DNA of 30,062 nt from an uncultured archaeon. Its GTDB lineage: Archaea; Thermoplasmatota; Poseidoniia; MGIII; CG-Epi1. The stretch is from positions 1 to 30,062 of the forward strand of contig CAZXZT010000001.1 in the NCBI GenBank assembly GCA_964645695.1, read 5' to 3'. Shown piece by piece: positions 9,303-20,615 of the stretch (the stretch's first letter is position 1; each line of letters begins with the position of its first letter). Both the position numbers and the translations under genes were made by a program. The notes below the pieces were generated by a model that saw only the letters and a list, made by a program, of their open reading frames with translations, searched no databases and was not told where the DNA came from.

Positions 9303-10859
9303 ATGCGGAAGATTCAGGTGCTGGTCGCAACCTTCACGGTCGTCATGATGTGCTTTGGTGGATGCCTTGATGATAGCGAAGACGGTGAAACCAACCGCGC
9401 TCCTGAGGCTCTAATCCTGATGCCAAGGCAGGCATCGGTAATGGAAGCTGGAGAGCCGTTCCAAATTGATGGATCTGCGTCCACAGACCCAGACGGGGAC
9501 GAACTACAGTACATGTGGACGTTATCGGGTCTGGGAAGTCCTACTGATCTGAGCACCAAAATGTCAGATTTGGTTACCGTTGACACTCCTGGAAATGATT
9601 TGGTACTTACATTGATGGTCAGGGACCCTGGCGGGCTTACAAGTCAGGACATAGTCGTGATAAGTGTCGAACCGGGTAACCGGCCACCTATTGCTACAAT
9701 AACTACTCCGAGCAACGGAGGGGCTTACTCAGAAGGAAAAGAAGTGGCATTCAACGGTATGGCCAGTAGCGATCCTGACAACGACATATTGTCATACAAC
9801 TGGGACTTGGGCGATGCAGATGGACCAACCTACCCTGCTTCCAAACAGAGTAAATTCGAAATGGAGCTAGATGAAGGCGACTATCGTGTTACGCTTACAG
9901 TTGAGGACCCTGACGGTGAGGCGAGTTCAGTTACGCACTCTTTCTCGGTGACGAATTTGCCACCCATAGCTTCAATCGAAGTTGACACGAACTCGGTCTT
10001 TACTGGGGAATCTATACAATTCTCTGGTGAGGACTCTTACGATCCAGAAGGTGGAGCTCTCGATTATCTTTGGGATTTTGGTGACAACCAGACTTCGTCG
10101 TTAAAATCACCTCAGCACAGCTGGGGACAGGCCGGAACCTACAATGTAAAATTGACTGTTGAGGACGGAAATGGGCAAGAGGGATCTGCCACAAAGAGCA
10201 TTGAAATAAAGTCGCTTGGGCCAACTGCTAAATTTGTATTCAAGGATAGTGGAAGTGAAGTGGAAAAGGTCAGAGCCAACTCCAATATCACTCTGGATGC
10301 CAGCGATTCCAGTGGACCTGACGGAGAAATAAAGGAATACAAATGGGATTTTGGTGATGGAATCGAAAGGACCACAAATGAATCCTCAACTGAATACTCA
10401 TGGTCTTCTGGAGGTTACTACAATGTCACTTTAGTAGTAGTAGACGAGAATGATGAAACTGGAACAATAACCAGAATCTTGCAAGTGGTTCCAGAAGATT
10501 ACGTAGATGAAGGTCAGGATGGAACACTTGTTGTTCAGAATAGTGATGAAAATTACAATCTGGATGTCGAGATATTCGTATCCTCTGTAGAAATAGAATT
10601 CAGTGAGATCGGATGTGTCGGCGTTGGAGGGCTTGATTATTCAATTACTGTTCAGGATTCTTCAGGAAATGAAATCGGTAGTAATCAAGGAAGTATAGGA
10701 TGTGGAGGTGAGACTACTAGTTGGGACACTGCATTTTATGACAATGAGGGGAATGGAGTAGAATTAGGAGAATACCAAGTCACAATTACCTTTACTAACA
10801 ACGGAACACCAGTTCAGGCTAACTGGGATTATCGACTCGCCATTAATTACAACTTCTAG
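9303..10859 (+). CDS. PKD-domain lipoprotein with four PKD/Ig-like repeats
   Basis: Lipobox-like CFGGCLDD and four repeats of P.A...(D/G)P(D/E)(G/N)...Y.W...V.L.V.D. ATG 9303 is preferred over 9282 on TATA spacing (CTTAAGAC 21 nt upstream). Confidence 0.82.
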   Translation: MRKIQVLVATFTVVMMCFGGCLDDSEDGETNRAPEALILMPRQASVMEAGEPFQIDGSASTDPDGDELQYMWTLSGLGSPTDLSTKMSDLVTVDTPGNDLVLTLMVRDPGGLTSQDIVVISVEPGNRPPIATITTPSNGGAYSEGKEVAFNGMASSDPDNDILSYNWDLGDADGPTYPASKQSKFEMELDEGDYRVTLTVEDPDGEASSVTHSFSVTNLPPIASIEVDTNSVFTGESIQFSGEDSYDPEGGALDYLWDFGDNQTSSLKSPQHSWGQAGTYNVKLTVEDGNGQEGSATKSIEIKSLGPTAKFVFKDSGSEVEKVRANSNITLDASDSSGPDGEIKEYKWDFGDGIERTTNESSTEYSWSSGGYYNVTLVVVDENDETGTITRILQVVPEDYVDEGQDGTLVVQNSDENYNLDVEIFVSSVEIEFSEIGCVGVGGLDYSITVQDSSGNEIGSNQGSIGCGGETTSWDTAFYDNEGNGVELGEYQVTITFTNNGTPVQANWDYRLAINYNF

Positions 10860-11542
10860 ACTTCTATTGAAAAGGAAACGCTGTTGCTCTTCTGTTGCAG
10901 TAGTTCACTAAGTTTCACTATTCTTGGGTTCAGAGACGAGAGACATCGATTGATTCCCTCCAGATGGCCTTCTCCAACAATGGCAACTATCTTATTGTAT
11001 TTTTTTGTTCGGAAAAGCTTTACCAAATTCACTGACATGTATGTGTCGCGTCGATCAATCAGCTGGGCTTTAATAGACGGATAACGTTTAGAGAATTCTT
11101 CCAACTCTTTTGAGAAGTCACCGGTGCTCATACTCTGATCGAGATTAAGGTCTCCTCCTCCTACAAAGGAGATAGAACTGTCTGCAATCAAATTCCAGAA
11201 TTCATTCCATGGCATGTTTCTCCATGCTTCCTTAAGAGTTGGAAGTATTGGTCTGTCTATCAGATTAACCTGAGCGCCAAGACTTCTTGCTATTTTTGCG
11301 CCTGCTAGCATCTCCGAACCTGGCGAACTGCCAAAAGTATCTCCTAAGTATTCTTGTAAGCGCGACAATGCCCTCAGAAAAATAGGCCCCTTGGAATCTC
11401 TTTTATCAGAATTGAGGGCAAACCATCTTTCTCTATCCAGTTCCAGCGCTACGGCATCTGGCCCAAATTCCCGAATATATATTTCAAGCGGACGCTCCAG
11501 ATCTATGACATGGGCAGTTCCAATAATCATCAAATCAGGCAT
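10856..11542 (-). CDS. TraB/GumN (pheromone shutdown) family protein
   Basis: IIGTAHV, PDAVALELD..R, PGSEM..G, LIDRPI..TL, LIDRRDTYM, VAIVGEGHLEGI. Confidence 0.9.
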   Translation of the reverse strand: MPDLMIIGTAHVIDLERPLEIYIREFGPDAVALELDRERWFALNSDKRDSKGPIFLRALSRLQEYLGDTFGSSPGSEMLAGAKIARSLGAQVNLIDRPILPTLKEAWRNMPWNEFWNLIADSSISFVGGGDLNLDQSMSTGDFSKELEEFSKRYPSIKAQLIDRRDTYMSVNLVKLFRTKKYNKIVAIVGEGHLEGINRCLSSLNPRIVKLSELLQQKSNSVSFSIEV

Positions 11543-11573
11543 TGGATCAACGGACCTTTATAATGGAAGAGTG

Positions 11574-11581
11574 TTATATAA
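11574..11581. promoter_or_regulatory. Palindromic TATA box TTATATAA between the divergent TraB and zinc-ribbon genes
   Basis: Perfect TTATATAA 19 nt before ATG 11601. The same octamer occurs at 19332-19339 between the divergent cgi121 and HhH genes. Confidence 0.55.
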
Positions 11582-11600
11582 CGTACGTAATTAGCTACTC

Positions 11601-11807
11601 ATGTTCAGCTCAAAGAACGACGACCCGGACGGACCCTCCAAATGTCCATCGTGCAGTAAGGATATAGGAGTCGAGGATAACACCTACAGATTTCAGATCG
11701 TTGACTTTACGTCTGAAGGTGCAGGTGGAAACCAGAGGAATGCGGGAAGAATAATTGCAGTTTCCTGTTCCAAATGCAAGAAAGTCATGGGTTTCGTTAA
11801 TCAATAG
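11601..11807 (+). CDS. Small zinc-ribbon protein (CxxC...CxxC), 68 aa
   Basis: CPSC and CSKC pairs, ATG start, TTATATAA 19 nt upstream, and it fills the gap between two genes. Confidence 0.65.
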   Translation: MFSSKNDDPDGPSKCPSCSKDIGVEDNTYRFQIVDFTSEGAGGNQRNAGRIIAVSCSKCKKVMGFVNQ

Positions 11808-12735
11808 GTATCAAATCCAGAAAGATAATAAAGAAAAAAAGAGTTGCAACTGCCTCGACGGTTGCCAAAATGATAGAGCCCTTGGCAACAGTCTCATATG
11901 TTGGTTGCGAATTAATTGGCAAATATACATAATGAATTATTATTTCCAAGGGAAGAATCCACCCTGTCCACAAAAGAAGCTTGTAATTCCACGGAAAAAT
12001 CTCTAAGAAACCGCAGTAAAGTAGAGTTAGCACGCCGATAATCGTGAAGGTCCAAGAAAGGCGCATTGTGAAAATGGCACCAAACTTCGTTGCGAATGTA
12101 TTGATGCCCGACTTACGATCAAAATCGAAATCAACAGCCATAGTAGGGCAATACAATGCCATCAGATAGCAGAATGTAGCGAAGAAATATAGACGAGGGA
12201 AATCAATAGCGGATTGGTTAATAGACCAGGCTGCTAGCGGGAGCAAGAAACCTAAACTTATGCCGTTACAAACTATATCAATACCTGGTCTGGTCTTGAG
12301 ACGAAAAGGTTCAAGATTGTAAACAAATGAAATAAATGTCAAACCAAGGATACAATAAATAAACTCGGAATTGTATCTCAAAGACATAATCAAACATGAA
12401 GTTTGGAAAAACCAGAAAAGATACCATGCTTGCCTAACAGTTATAGAACCGCGAACAAGCAAGCTGAATTCCTTTCGAGGATTCTTTCGATCAAATTCCA
12501 AGTCACAAATGTGGTTCAGTAAAAAAGTAGAGGATGTTAAAAGCGCAACAATTGCAAAACCGTAAAATAGATCGAAATCAAAAAGTACCTTTGCCCCGAC
12601 AACATAACCGATGAAAAAAGGGGTGAAACTAACCATCCAGAACTCAAATCCTATGGATCTCAACCATGTTAAATTGGGAAACAACTGATTTGAGATTAAA
12701 CGGGAAAATAGTTCATTTGACATTTTATGAATCAC
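11797..12735 (-). CDS. UbiA-superfamily prenyltransferase (LyeJ/CrtEb-like motifs); start at GTG 12735 or ATG 12723
   Basis: Multi-pass hydrophobic protein with NHICDLEFDRKNPRK, YNLEPFRLKTRP.ID and DFDFDRKSGINTFATKFG. Confidence 0.85.
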   Translation of the reverse strand: MIHKMSNELFSRLISNQLFPNLTWLRSIGFEFWMVSFTPFFIGYVVGAKVLFDFDLFYGFAIVALLTSSTFLLNHICDLEFDRKNPRKEFSLLVRGSITVRQAWYLFWFFQTSCLIMSLRYNSEFIYCILGLTFISFVYNLEPFRLKTRPGIDIVCNGISLGFLLPLAAWSINQSAIDFPRLYFFATFCYLMALYCPTMAVDFDFDRKSGINTFATKFGAIFTMRLSWTFTIIGVLTLLYCGFLEIFPWNYKLLLWTGWILPLEIIIHYVYLPINSQPTYETVAKGSIILATVEAVATLFFFIIFLDLIPID

Positions 12736-12789
12736 TGCCCTCTAGAGCGATGAGCCCAAGCTTAATAGCTTTAGGCCACATGCGAAAAC

Positions 12790-15830
<3,041 letters not shown>

Positions 15831-15881
15831 TTAAACATACCTCTTAAAATGTGTTTTTGTCGTCTATTAATCTAATGCTAA

Positions 15882-16451
15882 TTAAAGTGTTTTTCTGCCT
15901 GGTCTCCACCCTGCTGGACAAAGCTTTCCGGACTGCAAGGCTTGAAGGGTCCTGACCGTTTCGTCGACGTTGCGACCGATGTACGGCGGATTTACTGTAA
16001 TGGATCTTAGATAACCTTGCTCATCTATGATAAATGTCCCACGGAAAGCCTGACCTGGTTCCTTGTCCAAAACACCGTATGAATTACATATCTTCAGAGA
16101 CGGATCGGCCAAAAGAGGATAAGACAATTTGTCTATACCTCCCTTCGTACGGGGCCTTTCCATCCAGGCCTTATGTGTATATTTTGAGTCCGTTGAACAG
16201 CCAATAAGCATGCAATTGGCTTTCTCAAAATCCTTGATACGGCGATTAAATGAGTGCAATTCCGTCGGACACAAGCTAGAGAAATCACGAGGATAGAAGA
16301 ATAGGACGGTCCAGCGTTTGTCTTCAATAATTTTAATCAGAGAAACTTTATCGAAGAGTATTTCTTTTTTCCTAGAGTCGAACTTGACTATCTCACCCTC
16401 GAACAATGGTGCGGATTTTCCTATTCGCGGGATTTGGTTAGTCAAAATCAA
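15882..16451 (-). CDS. ahpC: 2-Cys peroxiredoxin (AhpC/Tsa family)
   Basis: FFYPRDFSSLCPTE (PxxxSxxC peroxidatic motif), GRNVDE, resolving LCPAGW. TTG start preceded by the Shine-Dalgarno-like GGGTGA. Confidence 0.92.
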   Translation of the reverse strand: MILTNQIPRIGKSAPLFEGEIVKFDSRKKEILFDKVSLIKIIEDKRWTVLFFYPRDFSSLCPTELHSFNRRIKDFEKANCMLIGCSTDSKYTHKAWMERPRTKGGIDKLSYPLLADPSLKICNSYGVLDKEPGQAFRGTFIIDEQGYLRSITVNPPYIGRNVDETVRTLQALQSGKLCPAGWRPGRKTL

Positions 16452-16540
16452 TTACCGTTTCACCCAATTAAGAAAAATGTATAAAGTTTTGCCAATAATC
16501 TATGTGGGTGTATGGTATAAATGATAAAATTCTTGATTAA

Positions 16541-17602
16541 TCACTTGAAAAATGAGGTTGTGGCCTCAATAACTGCTGAAACGTCCTCATCTGTAAGGCC
16601 AGGATGGACTGGAAGGCTTAGGACCTCACTAACCAAGCGTTCAGCGTTAGGACAGGGCATTTTCAGATCTGACATTGGCGAGTAGTGATACAACAAGCTT
16701 GGATAATAGATTCCTGTGCCTACTCCGTTCTCCCTGAGATGGCTCTGTAGCTGATCACGTTGCTCGCAACGAATGGTATACTGGTGAAAAACGTGACCTC
16801 GACGATCCTCGGGAATCTGCACGTGCTCTGCTAAAGTTTCATTGTAACGATTTGCAATTTCACGACGACGAAGATTAAAAGCATCCAGCTTAGACAACTG
16901 TACCCGACCGATTGCAGCTGATATATCTGTCATTCTGTAGTTATATCCGAATTCGGTGTGCTGGTACTGAGCTGTCATTCCATGAGCTCTCATTGCCCTG
17001 CAACGCTCGGCAATTGCAGAATCATCCGTAGTGATTATTCCGCCTTCGGAGGTTGTCATATTCTTGGTAGGATAAAAGCTGAACCAGCCTGTTTCGCCAA
17101 AGCTTCCAGCCCGTCCTCCCCAAGATTGTGCATTATGTGCCTGAGCAGAATCCTCAATCAAGAGTAAATTATTTTTCTCGGCAATCTCAATTAGGGTCGG
17201 GACGTTCGCTAATTCACCATACAAATGCACTGGCTGGATAGCCTTGGTCTTGCCTGTAATGGATTGTGTGACTTGAATGGGATCCAAGGTGAAGCCATCT
17301 TCTTCCACGTCTGCAAAAACGGGTTTGGCACCAGCCATCATAATCACTGAAGCCGTCGCAAAAAACGTGAAAGGGGTTGTTATAACTTCATCCCCTGGGC
17401 CTATGTCATTAGCCAGCATGGCCAAATGGCCAGCTGTAGTGCCATTGTTCGTGGCAATAGCATATTTTACACCACACATAGTTGCAAATTCTTCCTCGAA
17501 AAAGGACACTTCAGGACCTTGAGCAATTGTTCCAGAACGCAAGACTCTATCGACTGCCGCTCTCTCCTCGGAGCCCATCTGCGGGCTTGCAATTGGTATC
17601 AC
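16541..17602 (-). CDS. DegT/DnrJ/EryC1/StrS family sugar aminotransferase
   Basis: GPEV..FEEEFA, TTPFTFFAT, PVHLYG, IEDSAQAH, SFYPTKNMTTSEGG, GYNYRM, LSLPVHP. Confidence 0.95.
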   Translation of the reverse strand: MIPIASPQMGSEERAAVDRVLRSGTIAQGPEVSFFEEEFATMCGVKYAIATNNGTTAGHLAMLANDIGPGDEVITTPFTFFATASVIMMAGAKPVFADVEEDGFTLDPIQVTQSITGKTKAIQPVHLYGELANVPTLIEIAEKNNLLLIEDSAQAHNAQSWGGRAGSFGETGWFSFYPTKNMTTSEGGIITTDDSAIAERCRAMRAHGMTAQYQHTEFGYNYRMTDISAAIGRVQLSKLDAFNLRRREIANRYNETLAEHVQIPEDRRGHVFHQYTIRCEQRDQLQSHLRENGVGTGIYYPSLLYHYSPMSDLKMPCPNAERLVSEVLSLPVHPGLTDEDVSAVIEATTSFFK

Positions 17603-17753
17603 AGCGACTGCATCGAAAAAGTACCTATTAAAAACAAAGGCATCGCCGTTATGTCTATTTTCTAGAAAGGTGGAACACTAAATAGTTTTTAGACGATATA
17701 TTGGCCAAAGGTATATATACTAGTATTTGGGAAGATGCTTCGGTGTACAAACC

Positions 17754-18344
17754 ATGTTTGAAGAAACAAACTGGAAAACCGTAGGTGCCGAGTTCATGGG
17801 GACGTTCTTTTTAGTCTTCATAGGTCTCGGGGCCTTTGGAGAGCTTGGTGGGGGTTTTGCAGGCGCTTTAGCGCTTGGTATGACCCTCATGGTCCTGATG
17901 CACATATTTGGGCCTATATCTGGTTGCCACCTCAATCCCGCGGTGACTATCGGAACCATGATGTCTGGCAAGACCAGTCAAGACGATGCAATGGCATACA
18001 TGGGTGGTCAAGTTCTTGGAGCTCTAGTCGGCGCAATGGCTTTGGCAGGCAAATTTAGTGTAGTCGAAGGTGATATATTCATGCTGACTGCGGCGATGGT
18101 GGGGACGGCTTTCTTCGTGATGGCCCTATTATCTACACAAGATCCATGGGCTGTTGGGGGGACTTTATTCCTTGTGACTGCGATAGCAGATGGATTTGGT
18201 GTTGTAAACCCCGGAGTAGATCTAGGTAGCTTTATTGCTATAACCATAGATGGTGGAGACGCTGGAACTTGGTACTACGGATTCGTTGGGTCTGTTTTGG
18301 GAGCCTTCATAGGTTGGGCAATCAAGGACAACCTCCTGGATTAA
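17754..18344 (+). CDS. MIP/aquaporin family channel, short divergent form (196 aa)
   Basis: AEFMGTF, ISGCHLNPAVT, YMGGQVLGA, second box NPG. ATG 17754 is preferred over 17727. Confidence 0.85.
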   Translation: MFEETNWKTVGAEFMGTFFLVFIGLGAFGELGGGFAGALALGMTLMVLMHIFGPISGCHLNPAVTIGTMMSGKTSQDDAMAYMGGQVLGALVGAMALAGKFSVVEGDIFMLTAAMVGTAFFVMALLSTQDPWAVGGTLFLVTAIADGFGVVNPGVDLGSFIAITIDGGDAGTWYYGFVGSVLGAFIGWAIKDNLLD

Positions 18345-18389
18345 CAAAAAAAAGAACTAATGGGGCGAGGGGCTACAGCCCCTCTTTCC
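18345..18389 (-). terminator. Hairpin plus U-tract terminator after the ferritin-like gene, possibly bidirectional
   Basis: Inverted repeat AGGGGCT-AC-AGCCCCT (18368-18383) just after the stop at 18390, followed on the minus strand by T8 (18346-18353). Confidence 0.6.
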
Positions 18390-18800
18390 CTACATTAACT
18401 GGGTCACTTCCTCGACGGAACGGAGTTCCTGGAAATAGATTTGTTCGATTGAATCGTACATCTCTTCATCGTCTTTGATCAGAGACAATACATCCTCATA
18501 ACCTGATGCTGCTTTTTTCTCGGTCTTGAGGGCCTCTCTCAACATTACTTTGTAATCCGTAGCGTGAACAATCTTGGTCGAGTCACGCTCAGTCACCGCA
18601 ACACCACCTAATTTAACTATAGCTGATCGGACCGCGTTGGCATGGGTATGCGACTCGCTAGCTTCTTCGTCGAAAAATTCTTTTAAGTGAAGGCGATTGA
18701 TACCTTTTACATATGCAGAGTAATGAGAGTAAAGGGCTTCTGCCCGTAGCTCCCATGCAAGCCCACCATTAAGTTTCTCGATAAGTTTTGAGTTACTCAT
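18390..18800 (-). CDS. Ferritin-like / bacterioferritin-like four-helix protein
   Basis: LN..LAWE...Y, EEASESHTHA..V...IVKLGG, EALKTEKKA...Y, QELRSVEE. 136 aa. Confidence 0.85.
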   Translation of the reverse strand: MSNSKLIEKLNGGLAWELRAEALYSHYSAYVKGINRLHLKEFFDEEASESHTHANAVRSAIVKLGGVAVTERDSTKIVHATDYKVMLREALKTEKKAASGYEDVLSLIKDDEEMYDSIEQIYFQELRSVEEVTQLM

Positions 18801-18841
18801 GCTAATCTATACTTGCTTTGGTTGATAAAACTTTTGACTTT

Positions 18842-19330
18842 CTACCGTGACTGGACTGGAAGTGTGGCGGTACGGGTCATGACTATCTTCTGTTTTTCAT
18901 CAAAATCAAGTCTCTCAAGAACATCCTCGTCGAGGCCTAGGGTGGAATAGTCAAAATCTGTATGTGAAATCACTGACTCGTCGAGCTCCAGCAGATCTGA
19001 CAGATGGGCTGGTACTTGATCAAAAGCGACCCAGGCTACAGTCTTGGTGCTGGCATTGACTCCTGCAATCTCAATTGCCTTTGAAATCTGTCTCTGGGCA
19101 GTTAGGTATAGCAACAATTCAGTTGAACGGTCCTTGGACAGGTTATATTTGCCTTCGTGGGCCTTTTTGGCGAGACGGGCACTCTGGTTGAGATGCTGAG
19201 GTCCACACACTTTTCCAGACTCAATCAAAGCAAAATTGGGACCTATCAAAGACATTAGCTCGGTAATGTCTCCTTCTTTCAAACGGCCACTACCTACTTC
19301 CAACACCACGATATGCAATCGACAGAGCAT
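18842..19330 (-). CDS. cgi121: KEOPS complex subunit Cgi121
   Basis: Start moved to ATG 19330, which removes the overlap with the divergent gene. Signature GPQHLNQSARLA......NLSKDRSTELLLYLTAQRQISKAIEIAGV. Confidence 0.85.
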   Translation of the reverse strand: MLCRLHIVVLEVGSGRLKEGDITELMSLIGPNFALIESGKVCGPQHLNQSARLAKKAHEGKYNLSKDRSTELLLYLTAQRQISKAIEIAGVNASTKTVAWVAFDQVPAHLSDLLELDESVISHTDFDYSTLGLDEDVLERLDFDEKQKIVMTRTATLPVQSR

Positions 19331-19374
19331 ATTATATAACAGGTAGCGCGGTTCAGATGACTGGAGGAAATACC

Positions 19375-20079
19375 ATGGATCCTGAAACAGAGGGTAAAGT
19401 TGCCCAACTTGAAACTGGTTTGAATCTAGAACAACAGAGACTGGAAAAGTTATGGGATGCTTACGAACAGCAGGAAAAGGATCTAAATGCATCTTTAGAT
19501 CAAATTAATATTTTGGAAGCTGATATCGAAACTAAGGGTACTCTAATCACTTCGTTGCAGGAACTGCTCGGGGAGAGAGATGCTAAAATTCGTGAACTGG
19601 ACGTGGAAAGGCAGAGGCAAAGTAAGGTCGAGGCAGAGTATAGTCCGAGAATCAAGGAAATGGAAGAGACAATTAAGGATCAAACTGGCAAATATGATCG
19701 ACTTCTTTCGATTACGCAGGAAATGGAGGATGAACTTGATCTGGCTAGACGTGCATTGCACGCCAGAGATAGTTGGTTTAACCTGAATGTGAGTAGTCTC
19801 GAGTCCATATCTGATCTGATAAAAGAGTGGAGAGATATTCAGGCTGGGAAATTCCCTGAAAGTGGTGGAACGGCAGGGCCTGGTGGCGGAAAATCAGAAT
19901 TTGTCGAAGCTGTATCCACAATAAAGGGACTCGGTGCAGTCAAAGCTGAGAATTTGTATGATGCTGGATTCCACACTGTGGAAGAACTAAAAGCCGCATC
20001 CGTGGAAGATATTGCAAGCGTTGTCGGTTTCACCAACTTAAGCGCAAACAAAGTGGTCAACGGCGCCAAAGGACTTTAG
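19375..20079 (+). CDS. Coiled-coil protein with C-terminal helix-hairpin-helix domain
   Basis: About 130 aa of heptad-rich helix, a Gly-rich linker, then IKGLGAVKAENLYDAGF.TVEEL..AS.EDIASVVGF. Shine-Dalgarno GGAGGA at 19363-19368 supports ATG 19375. Confidence 0.8.
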   Translation: MDPETEGKVAQLETGLNLEQQRLEKLWDAYEQQEKDLNASLDQINILEADIETKGTLITSLQELLGERDAKIRELDVERQRQSKVEAEYSPRIKEMEETIKDQTGKYDRLLSITQEMEDELDLARRALHARDSWFNLNVSSLESISDLIKEWRDIQAGKFPESGGTAGPGGGKSEFVEAVSTIKGLGAVKAENLYDAGFHTVEELKAASVEDIASVVGFTNLSANKVVNGAKGL

Positions 20080-20615
20080 ATTCGTAAAAAATTTACAACA
20101 GTTTTTTCGTTCCTGACCTCTGGGTGGAAAGACACACCGAACATTTCTCTTGATTTGTGTTTGACTGCTTGAACACTCGTTTCGCTTCTGGCTAATACTG
20201 TAAAGAAGTCCAAATGGTCCACCGAGAAATTGTGGAGGGCATATGCTTGAAATTTTCCATGACAGAGGCTATTGGGTTCCAAAGTCTTCACCTCAATCAT
20301 TCCAATCTCGACATTTTCGATTATTTTATCCTCAAAAAGAGAACAGACTATCTGCATCCCTGAACAAATGCCGAGAACTGGCCTCTCAAAGTCGAGTAGG
20401 AGGTTCTTAAATATCTTCAAATCATTCAGATAGGCATTGTCCTGTAGTGAGGTACCGCAAATCATGATTTTATCGGCACCAGAAACGTCCTTTTCAGTGC
20501 ATTCTGCATAGTGTCGAACCTTGCAATATTCGGGCTTGACTATCTTAGCAATAGGGGAAACAAATTCCATTTCACTCAATTTCTCGCTACAAGTGGATAT
20601 CAGAAGATGGTTCAT
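20076..20615 (-). CDS. Stand-alone class I glutamine amidotransferase (glutaminase subunit)
   Basis: Nucleophile elbow PVLGICSGMQ and the His-Glu pair in GVSFHPE give an intact Cys-His-Glu triad. Confidence 0.88.
   Translation of the reverse strand: MNHLLISTCSEKLSEMEFVSPIAKIVKPEYCKVRHYAECTEKDVSGADKIMICGTSLQDNAYLNDLKIFKNLLLDFERPVLGICSGMQIVCSLFEDKIIENVEIGMIEVKTLEPNSLCHGKFQAYALHNFSVDHLDFFTVLARSETSVQAVKHKSREMFGVSFHPEVRNEKTVVNFLRI

Noticed and set aside
10856-12735. Somewhat AT-rich traB-ubiA stretch as a horizontally acquired island
   Set aside because: Hand-counted lines vary widely (about 27-47% GC), hydrophobic membrane proteins are T-rich, and there are no boundary features.
15882-16451. 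Ser in place of Thr in the peroxiredoxin PxxxTxxC motif as a novelty
   Set aside because: PxxxSxxC is an accepted variant, and both catalytic cysteines are present.
19331-19492. N-terminal 54-aa extension of Cgi121
   Set aside because: It overlaps the divergent HhH gene head-to-head and shows no Cgi121 similarity.
20076-20615. Calling the GATase guaA subunit A or trpG
   Set aside because: The N-terminus lacks the usual IDN.G/DS pattern and no partner gene is adjacent. It is left unassigned, though not excluded.
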